Part shown: positions 47,701-59,700 of the stretch, one piece after another
Layout: every line of letters starts with the position of its first letter
Numbering within the stretch: the first letter of the stretch is position 1
From: Podarcis pityusensis
Lineage: Eukaryota
Length of the DNA stretch: 64,000 nt
Assembly: GCA_964106645.2 (NCBI GenBank)
Contig: OZ067042.1
Strand: one strand, 5' to 3'
The notes under the pieces: generated by a model
What the model was told of the DNA's origin: nothing
Database searches by the model: none
Seen by the model: the letters and a program-made list of their open reading frames with translations, nothing else
Made by a program: the position numbers and the translations under genes

Positions 47701-50700
47701 CTGATAGCTGAATCGTGACATTTGTCATTTCATATGTGCACAGCAAATGGGAAACATTAATGAAGTACATATAAAATTGTGGGATGTAGAACAGTTATTT
47801 CCTTAGGAAACTCATAAAAATAACTTTTCAAAGAAGGAAGCAAAATCCAAAGACAGGCATTCCAAAACCTTACATGGAAACCGTTTTATATTCTGTTTGA
47901 ATAGCTTTCTGCTTTTTAAAAAAGCTATAGAATCAGTAGCAATTCTTCCTTTCTTATTGAGTCTACAATGTTTATTTATTTTATGTAAAATAACTATAAT
48001 TACTACTACTCTTTAAGCTTTTGGAACTAAAAAAGAAATTGGAAATTTTAATCTGCAAATACAATTTTATCCTTGCTATATTAGATTCATCATATCACAG
48101 TGCTGCCAAATTTCATCACACAGACACTAATATTTCCTTTAATCATCCAAACAGATACTGAACCTGTCACTGCTCTCCAAAAATTAAATGACAAAACAGA
48201 GTATCTAGCCAACAACACTGCCATAAATCAGGAAACATATGTATGGGCTGCCTTCGTCTTGCTCATGCAGTATGGATTTAAGAACAACCTAAGCATCTGT
48301 CTCTAACATATATATAAAAAGGTACCCCTGCCCGTACGGGCCAGTCTTGACAGACTCTAGGGTTGTGCGCTCATCTCACTCTATAGGCCGGGAGCCAGCG
48401 CTGTCCGCAGACACTTCCGGGTCACGTGGCCAGTGCGACAAGCTGCATCTGGCGAGCCAGAGCAGCACACGGAACGCCGTTTACCTTCCCGCTGGTAAGC
48501 GGTCCCTATTTATCTACTTGCACCCGGGGGTGCTTTCGAACTGCTAGGTTGGCAGGAGCTGGGACTGAAGGACGGGAGTGCACCCCGCCGCGGGGATTCG
48601 AACCGCCGACCTTCTGATCGGCAAGTCCTAGGCGCTGAGGTTTTACCCACAGCGCCACCCACGTCCCTTAACGTATATATACATTTATGCAAATATTTTC
48701 AATTTTTTTTTACTTTCAAGGTTAAACTGGCCTGAGGAAAGATTCTGTTCAGCATATATAATATAGATAATTTAAAAGCTGATCTTCCTGTGCTGCCCAA
48801 ATTCCCTTTTTATAGCACTATTAAAAGTAGGCCTACATTCTGTTGCTTCTGGTTTCTATAAAGGTGCATCATCCAAGGATGTAAGAGAGGTGTAGTTTAG
48901 ACTGTAGCTTTCTTATCATGTACACATTACCATATGAAACATGCATGAAAAACCACACTAAAAATTGCAGCTGGAAAAGCCCAACACAGAGATACAGTCT
49001 TATTTAATGCTGTTGTTTGTTGTTTAGTCATTTAGTTGTGTCCGACCCTTCATGACCCCATGGACCAGAGCACGCCAGGCACTCCTGTCTTCCACTGCCT
49101 CCCGCAGTTTGGTCAGACTCATGCTGGTATTTAATGCTACTGTACTTAAAATTATAGGAAAGGAGGGTAGCAGTAGAGTATCACCCAGTTTCACCAAAAA
49201 ATCTTTCTATTCAAGTTAATAGATAACCTGAAAGCCCTCAAAAATCTCACATAAATCTCAAAGGCTGACATCCCACCTCCAGTTATTCAGGAGTAAGTCC
49301 CACTGGGCAGTGGTATGTACTTGCAGGATTGTTCACTCAAACTGCAAGAATAATGTTTTTCAATTAGCAGATTTTATAACAGAATACTAACTGTGGGATG
49401 TAAACACAGGAGCAGTCAATGACAACATTCCTAGAGTGTACATGTTAGAACATGGGGAGGGATGTCTGTCCAGCAAGCAGGTAAACTTCCTGGGGACGGA
49501 CTTCCTCCGCATGTGACCAGAGGTGGGTGTGGCCTCACCTGTGCAGGTAATGACAAAAGCACAGGGCAGGCAGCCATCTCTCTCTCTCTGCCATTTTCCA
49601 TCGACGAGGAAGCATCTAAAGATGCTCTCTTGGCTCTCAGCCAAGAGAGGAGGAAAGGACTATCTTGCTATAAGATAGATTCTGAATGTATGTAACCTTT
49701 TTAAGCTGTCTGCCTTCTGGGATCATATTGTGAACAGAACGTGAGTAAACTCTTTTATACTTTTATAAAGACTGTGTCGTGTCTTGTATTTTAAGAGGGA
49801 ACAAAAGGGGAAATTACCAGAGTAATTATTATAGAGGTTCTAGCGAACCTGTGCACACGTTACCGTTGCGAACCTAAAAGGGGAATGTCTATAAACTCTG
49901 CTGATATTTTGGGAACTTGTTAGCACAAGTTGGATAAGGATATAATCCCACAATATATCCTCTCCTGCATCCCAGAACATTCCCACACTAACCTCTGCAC
50001 TTTCCTAACACACTGGAGACATAAAGTGATAAAGCACTATAAAAAACAGCAAGGGAGAGAAGTTGCTTTCCTGGTCCATACTCAGGAAGTGAGAGATCAT
50101 ACAAACAAGCAAAATGGCCAAAGCTAACTGTAATTTAGAACAACATTCTACTCAGGGCAGCAGCACAGAGAAATAAAACAACAGTCACCTTTGAAATTTC
50201 TCCTCCATGGCCTTCAAGTTTTGATATACATTTTTTTGTTTCTGCATCATAAACTCTTGCTGATCCTTAAGTAGAAAACAAACAAAACAATCATGCGTTT
50301 AGTATAGGCATTTATCTGTTGACGCATCTGCAATTTTGTCAAGAACCAGAGAAGGCAAATGTTAGAAATGACTGGCTGCAACTCAAAGCCCACTGATTTA
50401 GAGAAGGGATGGTTGAATCTGTCAATTTTGGTTTCCCTTAAGTTTCTCATTTTTCAAATCTCAAGTACAATTCTCAACATTTCAGTATCAGTTGGCAGAT
50501 TTTTTTAAAGTTCTCATGAAAATTCATCAGCCTTTCCAAATATAGCCTAATATACACATTTTTGTATACAATTTCCCCTAATATAATGCATTTTTGCAAA
50601 AATATATTCACTAATATAACGTAATATTATTTTCAACAAAATATGTTTTATATGTACACTTTAGTATATGCATTTTTGATCGGACAGCAAAATTCAGACT

Positions 50701-53700
50701 TCAAATTTTGAAAGATGGTTGTGTTTACATTCTTGTATTGTCTGGGAAAGTACAAATTAGGTGGGTTTGCCTTGAAATGTAAACTGAATTTGTTCCCATC
50801 CCTATATGGGAGTACATACAGTTGCCATGCATACTCTTTCACTATAAACTTTTGATGTTCTGTGCTGGTCACTGAAAGCAGGTTAAAACTGCATGGTCTT
50901 ATGAGAAGGCGGCACTCATATGAAAATGGTTTGGAAGCTTCTAGACTCGTTAGACTGATCCGATATATGAGATAGCTTGGGGCAGAAGACTGAGTTAAAT
51001 ATCACAGCCCTGTGAGAAAGCTGCCAAAGAGCACATCACATAACTCGTAAAAAATGGCTCACTATATGGATATAATCGTTCCTTGGTCCTATTATGGAGG
51101 TTTTCCATAAGATTGGCTGTATTAGAAAACTTAGCCAGTTTCCAGAACATGCACTCACCTCACCAGAGTTCCTCTCTTAGAGGATTCTTTCTTTGCCCTC
51201 ATGTGGAGTCATCCATGATGCACAGAAGGAGTTACTGGGAGTTGCCATGTTACCCCTCAAGAGATGCTCTTCAAATCAGCTGACACGGGATGAAGACATT
51301 TTAATAAAAAAAATCAATTTCACCTACCATCAGCTGAGGCAGTTGCAATACGCTGGCCAGTGTAATCAAAGCAAACGTCTAATACTTCATCATCATGGCC
51401 TGTTAATGTTGCCACACGCTTGCCAGTCAGTGCGTTCCACAACTGCAACGTGGACAGAAAGCAAAATTGCAGGCAAATAATGACAGGGAACCCAAATCAG
51501 CTTCTTTATTTATTTGACTGAACTGCTTGCGGCCTGTGTAGCTAGTCAATCACTATTTGTTCTTTCGTATGAGCACACAGATTTGGCAGAAAGCAAGGTT
51601 AACAAATATTTTGCTTGACGTGTTACCAGCACAAGCCAGATATCTCCTGGAATTCATTTCCATGCTAGCAGCTGATTCAGATTCAACTCTTAATGCCAAT
51701 AAAGGCTAGAAAATAAAAGAAAAAAGAAAAGAACTCCCCAGAAGTCAATAAATGTTGGTGTTTCTTCCCTAAACCAGGCTAGCCTATAGTGTTCTTCTTA
51801 TTTTATGTATTTCTTTCTTTTGAAGTGTGATATTGCAAATGAACTGGCGGGGCATTTTTAGGGATAAACTTTGGGCCTTTTTTAAGAAAGACGGAATGTA
51901 AAGGAATTGGACTTTACTGTCCTGGACTGTTTGTCTATAAAAGAGGAATGCATCTTTTTATCTGTCTGCTCATTTGGGAAGTATAGGGTTAATGTGGAGT
52001 CTTAGCCGGTGCCCCAGGACTAATAAACTATCAAGGCATAGGGTCCACCATTGCTGATGTGACTAACTGCACACCTGTCTCTAGGGGTGGGAAAATTAAA
52101 AGCTCCTAGCTTCCTTGTTCCTGCAGCCTCTGGAGGGAATCAAATGACAGACAGGGAGAAGCTATATAAGCAGGTGGATAGCCAAGAGGTGGGTTCACCA
52201 AGCAGATGATACACAGGTGATACACAGAGATTCTGGAGAGTTTGAGAGGAAAGCTTCAAGGAAGAAAGGCCTACTTGTGAACAAGGAATCCTGTTAAGAG
52301 CCTGGTGAGTTGAGATTGTTTTGGTTTAGGCAAAGTGGATCACAATTAACTAATTTTAATTTGTTTTTGCTCCAAATGAAATATTTTGGTTTTCTGCATC
52401 CAGCACTGAATGCATATTATCAGGCAGTGTGTACATGCCCTTTGTCTATTATTTTAAAGAGAAGTAAGAGTAAACCTACACCTTTATTCTGTACGTGCTC
52501 TTGGAGAAAAGCTAATTTTTCCCACACTTCTTCATGCAGGCCAAGAAGAATGTATTCCTGGATTCAGACCCACAAATGTATGGATTAGTCAATACTATGA
52601 TTATTTTTTGTATACTACTGAGAGCAATAAATCAGATTAATAGGGATCCAACTATCTTACCATGCATGTTTTATCCATTGATCCAGTGATTATAAGAGTG
52701 CAGTCCCAGTTGAACTGTGCACTACTTATTTCCGCACGATGGCCTATTAAAGTATGCATCCTCCTGCCAGGAAAGAATAAAAAACATGTTATGTGGTTGA
52801 TTCAAATAGAAATGTATTATGCAAAGGGGCATCTATAAAAAGAAATAGACAAAATGCTACAGGTTAAATCTTTAATGTTTCCCCAGTCATTTGCAGTGCA
52901 ATCCTATGCATGCTTACTCAGCAATAAAAGTCACAGTTCAATGAGGTGTCCTCCCAAATAAATATACATAGGATTGCAGCCTTTGTATTACAATTTGACC
53001 TACACGTGCAAGTCTACGTAAATCTTCAGAAGCCTCAGATCTGATTAACACAATTTTCTGTGGAATTTGTTAAGAAATTTTTTCAAGTGCTTAAACTTTC
53101 CACACATACACACACAAAAAATGTTTGTAAGTGATTGGATTCCAACTGCAAATACAATATTAGGCAGTTGACAGTTTCAAAGCTTTGCATTTGGTTACTA
53201 AACACAAGTAAAATAAGCATGCTAAATTAGATCACTCTCTAGGGCATCGGAGGATTTTCCAATGCAAACTAGAAATTTTCTGATGCCAACTACTGTAACT
53301 AGAATTAGCATGAGAAAATTATCCAGTGCACATTTGTTCCCATATAATACACAAGGACACATGGTGGATACACATCTGGGAGTCTCAGCTGGTTATGACT
53401 CCCTAGCACCTATCCACTGCATGTTTAGAAATAGTATTTTTCAACCTAGATACAATTCAGCTGCACAACAAGGCAAAAAGTATAATTCAAGTATTACTGG
53501 TTATCTCATAGATAATCAAGAGTGGACAATTACACAGGCAGAACATATAAAGTCACAGGGCAATAATAGTTCAATCCTGTTGGCAGACCAATTCTGCATT
53601 ACAAAGATGTCTTCAAATGTCACATGAAGGATGAGAGCATCAGCGCTGTGTGGGAACTCCTTGCAGATGATGAGACAGACACTGAGGTTGGGTATCCATA

Positions 53701-56700
53701 GCAGTGAGCAGAGGAGGAATGACTGCTGGGAGGAGTGCAGAGAGAAAAAACGAGGTGGTGCATCTGCATCAGCACAACCAGACACCTTCATCTACCCCAG
53801 CGGCAACAAAAACGGGTCTCTCCTGTTTCTACATCTACAGCAGGCGCTGCAACCTTCCAACAAACTGACTTTACCCACAAAGGAACACTTCTCCTTTGTC
53901 TCCGAGACAGACAGATGCCAAGCTGTTGCTACAGCACAAAAGAACTCTAGGGTGCTGGTTTTATAGCTTGCTATATAGTTCTCCATATAAATACATTAAA
54001 GAGAGTTTTGAAGCCACATGGGCAAAGTAAAATGCTTCACCTGACATCATTTTGATGCCAGGTGATTCACAGGTGGGCAGTTCCATCTACCGGACCCACT
54101 GAGGGCAGGCTAATATATATTTCACTTTGAAGAAAGTGTGAAAATTAGTTGTCAATGATCATTTTAGATCCTATAGGTTAAACCCTAGAAAACCTTAATG
54201 AGTATGTATACTGCAGAGAATGTAAATCAGTGTGTTTTTGGGGTCACAGAATAGTCATCACTGCAATTCAAGAAACCATTAATGAATACCACTGCAGTCA
54301 TACCACTCACTCATGCATCCGTGTTTTTGTGTTTGTGTCTGTACACAATCAATCTTTAACATGTGTATTCATGTGTTTCCTATGGTTCAGTGCTTTATAA
54401 CCTATACAACCATTCATGGGTGTTCCCTTATATAATATGTGTAACTTGTGGTCCTTCTTAGACTGCACATAAAGGTAAAGGGTAAAGGGACCCCTAACTG
54501 TTAAGTTCAGTCGCGAACGACTCTGAGGTTGCAGCGCTCATCTCGCTTTACAGGCCGAGGGAGCCGGCGTTTGTCCACAGACAGCTTCCGGGTCATGTGG
54601 CCAGCATGACTAAACCGCTTCTGGCGAACCAGAGCAGCGCACGGAAATGCTGTTTACCTTCCTGCCGGAGCAGTACCTATTTATCTACTTGCACTTTGAC
54701 GTGCTTTCGAACTACTAGGTTGGCAGGAGCTGGGACTGAGCAACATAGAGACACCTTAATTAATGGTTGCACCAAATGAAAACATCACAAAAGCAAATAT
54801 TCTGAAGGGGGGGAAAATCCTATTTGCTTGTGGTAATTTTTTAAAAAATTATATTAATGTTCACAAACCAATTACACTATTTAATTCATATCATGTATTT
54901 ATAATTATATTGACCCTTCAGCGATAACTTAAGATGGGAAATGAATGTTATCATCATAATGCTGATCATCATAAGGCTTTTATTGTTTCCACTGTATCAA
55001 TTTGACAAAACGTTATTCAGATGCATTAGTTTCATGATACTGAATAGGTCCATAGTTTCCCATGAAAGCTAGGGGTGGTCTCTTTGCAGACCTTGAATAG
55101 CACCTGCTAGTCATATTTGGGTTTGATGGACCATTGGTCTAATTCAATATAAGAAAGCTCATGCCATGATTATTCAATGCAAGCCTCCCAGGTGAAGAAA
55201 CAAAGGTCTAAGATTAATATCACAATATATATCCTTCACTGCTCTGCTATAATATGCTACATAACTTGCCACACTATTATCTTAGCTCTCTGGCAGATGG
55301 AACTTTGAACTGTTGCTAGGGAGAATTGCAGAGAAACAATATGCCTAGTTTTCATCTTCCTGGTTTCTAGAAGCTTATTGTTGCTTGAAATGTACTAAAT
55401 ACGAACAAATAAAGGCAGATTTATAATTTGAACAACTCTAGAGCCTGTACAGAATAATTTTAAGAGTTCTGTAAAGTATGAAATAAAACAAGATTTAAAA
55501 TAGTACCTGCCCGTGCCAACATCCCACACTGCAACTGTATGGTCAAAGGAACCGGTGATGATTCTGTCTCCTGTAGTATTAAATGATAATGCAATAATCT
55601 CTGCAGAGTGCCCCTGAAGTTATAAAAAGAAGGTTTAAAGTTTAAACAAAGATCTTTATGTAGAAATAATCTAGGACAGGCATAGGCAAACTCGGCCCTC
55701 CAGATATTTTGGGACTATAACTCCCATCATCCTTGACCGCTGGTCCTGTTAGCTAGGGATGATGGGAGTTGTAGTCCCAAAGCATCTGGAGGGCCGAGTT
55801 TGCCTATGCCTGATCTAGGATTTATAAAGATGTACAAACTTTAAAGATTCTGTGTTTAGTTTTCTTTGTTACTATTATTTTATGGAAAGTGATCCTGGAA
55901 AAAAAGTCCTTCCAGTTGTCTGTAAACATACAACTTTATGTTTTATTCAAAAAACCTCCCCCCCCCCCCAAAGATTCAAAAAAGAACATAGAAAATCCCA
56001 GTCTGGATGGGCAAAGTATCATGTAATATAAGGTCCTGGGTCACTTTTAGACAACCTGCTTATTGAGCATTCAGTCTCAGTTGCTTTCATGGAGGTTAGA
56101 CAGTCAGCTATTATACTGAGCATTCATTCTGATTTCTTTGTGGGAAGGTTAATTAAATAACACTGATATCTGGGTTCAAATCGTCATATTCAAATCATGA
56201 ATCTCACTCAGTGACCCTGGGTCAGTTACTGTCTCTCAACACTAGCCTACCTTACAAAGTTGTTATATATTTTTAAATATTTCCTTGACCTCCTGAGAGG
56301 AAAGGCAGAAGAAAAATGAAATTTTAAAAATTGAGCATCTTGCAGGGATCGAATTACACCATCATCCAAAGTTTGTGCAGATTTTTAAAAACTGTGAAGC
56401 AGCCAATAGCAATACCTGTCTACATGTATTTGTGATATTATTAAGAGAGCTCTCTTCAATCTTACAGGGTATATTATAACCCCTTTATTTATAATCCCAG
56501 GTAATAATAGATCTGAAAGCAATTACACAGTGCCTTTGAGTGCAGGAGAGGTTTCAAAGAATATTACCAGTCCATTTTAATTAATAAAGCAGGTCATTCT
56601 ACCTTGTAGTAGTAAAGCCACAGAATCTGGAAAACGTATGTTATTTAGGCCGCAATCCTATTCACACTTAGCTGGGAGGGAGCCCCGCGGAACACAGTAG

Positions 56701-59700
56701 GTTTTCCAAATAAATATGCACAGGATTGCTCTGCACTTAAGATTTAATGGTTTTTAATTAGTATCACAGCTTTCAGTCTTCCTTTATGTTTGCTTAATGC
56801 ATTATTTAGCTACATATGCTAAGAGTTCTGAATAAATTCTCATCTCTGACTTTTGCAAATGATAATTAAGAACTGCTCTTTTAATTAAGAACTGCTCTTT
56901 TAATAGCAATTTCACAAAAAAACACCCAAGTCATCACTAATAAGAGCTGCAACCCACTGTTAATCTGACTACTTCTTCTCCAGTCTGTATGTCCCATAAT
57001 TTAGCTGTGGTATCCATACTTCCAGTAGCAACCAATGTACTTTGAAGATTAAATGACAAGCAAACCTGTTAGGAAAAAAGAGAGAAGGAAAACCTTTATT
57101 AGAAATTCTTGGATTTTCTGTTCTCCTAGGTACTGGTCCCAGTCACAATATGTTAGAGCATGACAGTAACTGTTTCTAGTCATTGCCCCATTGACTGTTT
57201 ATAGGCCTATAAAATAAAACATGACAGCCATAGGATCATAGCTGGTAATAAAGACTCATTTGATTGCTTGGAATATTTTCCTTGGGATACAGGAAGGAAT
57301 TTTACTCTCACAATTAGACCATGTGGAGGGACAATGTCCATTGTAATTACAGCAATAAAGGAGCCCATTCTACCTTGTAATGATAATGCCACAGAATCAG
57401 GAAAAATATGTTACAACAAACATGGAGCTACAACTGCTCCATATCTTCACTTAAGTAGGTACAAATTATCGTCCCAGATTTTTTTGAGAATAGTAGCATG
57501 TATTGTGGTACTTGTTAGCATAGTTTCACTGAGAATAACAGAGAAAACAACACTTAACTTTAAAGAGGTTTTTAAGAATTTGATTGTACCATATGTAGTA
57601 ATGATTATTCCAAAGCTCCTGTACTCACTATTTCTGCTGTGTGTCCCCTAAAGGTGTAATAGCACTTTCCTGTGTCTACACTCCATAATTTGCAGGTCTT
57701 GTCAAATGATCCAGTTGCAATCTTGTCACTAAATTTTAAAGAATGAAACAGAGTACAAGGGGAAAGTAAAAAACGATTTACAAAGAAGAATTAAAATGAT
57801 TTGGATGTAGAGTACCAAAGAAATAATGTGCTGAGGCCATCTAGGGCTTTAAAGATCAAAGATTCTGAAAAGTTGCATACCCATACGGATTATTGAAAGC
57901 AATTGCATAGACCACATTCCTATGTCCTTCCAGAGAACGTAACTCTTCTCCTGAAGCAGTGTCCCAAAGTTTGCATGTTCTGTCATAGCTTCCAGTGATA
58001 AAACTAGAGTGGACAAGAAGAATGGAAGGTTTAAGAAACATTTCTTCCATATTCCTCACCCCACAATTTATGCCACTGCTGACTACATTGCTAAAACATC
58101 TCAGAGGGATCAGAAAAAATACAAATTCTTGTGAATTGACTCTACTGCTTCTAAGTTCCTCTCAATTAATGATATTTTAAAAAACATGTTGGGTTTTTGT
58201 TGTAATTTACGTATTTCCCCTGCTCCCCATCCCCTTTCAGTTTTCTCAGTTGATTTGATGAAGGATCAAAGACCAGGCAAGAAGAGTATAAGGAGAACAA
58301 CTGGAGATTTAATACAAGGGGAGGGAGGCAAAACAAGAGATATCTTACATTTTCCACTGTCATTTTGCTGTATTTTCTTTTACAAAATAAGAATTGTTAA
58401 CTAAATATGTTGGATTTTGGCATTTCCAATCCTACTAATTATCTTAATAACCCTTTTTTGAACCAGAATATCAGCAGAGGAAATTATAGACTGTAAAATA
58501 CTATATAGTATTCAGTTTATATTTCGATAAGCCTTGGTAGATCATGCATAGTTTGAATTCAAACACCCAAACTTACCAAGAACCTGATTTGTTAAAGGCA
58601 ACATTAGTCAGTGGCAATATATGAGCCCGGAGTACCTGAAATTAGAAAATAAAGGTAATATAATTTTCTTTACATTCCTAGGTATTTGCCTTCACAAATC
58701 TAAATACTTAAATATTATTTTAATCAATGGGAGCGGCTAAACTAAAGTTAAGCACTTTTAAGTCACATTAATCTCAGTAGTGTTGTTTTAAGGATACATT
58801 TACTTTTCCTATTGAACTTAGCGGGGCTTTGGAAAGACTGGGCCCATTTGGATTAAAACCTTATGTTATAGCAGCGTGTTGTATCCATGACACATTCAAA
58901 CCCCTATTAAGTTATGTTACGACAGCTTGCTACTATGCTGGGAACACCACCACCAACAAAAAAACCTTTATCACCCAGGAAACTGCAAAGAAAGGTATAG
59001 GTTTACACCAATTCTGTGTCTTCATTTAGGAGGTGTTGCTGGCAACTGCAATGTGCTATAAAGTGGAAATGCAACACTAGTCCTCTTTCCAATTACACAC
59101 TGCATACCCCTAATTATTCCTCATGCTCAATAGATTTGTACAGTTCTTATTACTGCACAAGAAAATCACTACCAGCAGCACTCTTTATTACAAGGATGGG
59201 AACGCTCAGACCTGGAGGGCCAAATGCAGCCCTCCAGACCTTTCTATCTCACCCTCAGGACTCTCACCAGGCCTCACCCCTTCCCCTGATCAACAGCCCT
59301 GATCTGTAGCCTCCTTGGGTGCTTTGCCTCGCTGAGATAATGCTTCTTGTCTGCCTGGGTGAAGGATTAACAGATGTATGTGTGGATAACAGAAACCTGT
59401 TGGTATTGCATGGCTAGAATGTAGCATGCTGTACAAAGGAAAGAAGCACACTGATGGATTCCTCTGGATTCCTCATCCCTGCTTTGTCACAATTCAGGTA
59501 AAGTCAGTTTTGTCTGTAACTTTCTTGTAACAAATCTTTGAGTAATTAACTGTACATATCCATTATTCCTTCTCCCAATAATATTACAATCTCAGATATT
59601 CAAAGCTCAACTGTCAGAACTGGATCCATGCCTCTAGGTGAATTAGTGGAAGGTACTGTGTAACTCTTAAAAGATTTATCTACAACGCCTGACTTTGAAC

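Noticed and set aside
51826-52345. Second solo LTR (TGTGA start, TATA-like gctatataagc)
   Set aside because: No matching 3' terminus with a TSD; may be an LTR remnant but unsupported
56863-56904. 19-bp tandem duplication (and a similar 19-bp pair at 34276..34318)
   Set aside because: Ordinary slippage duplications in introns, clear of splice signals
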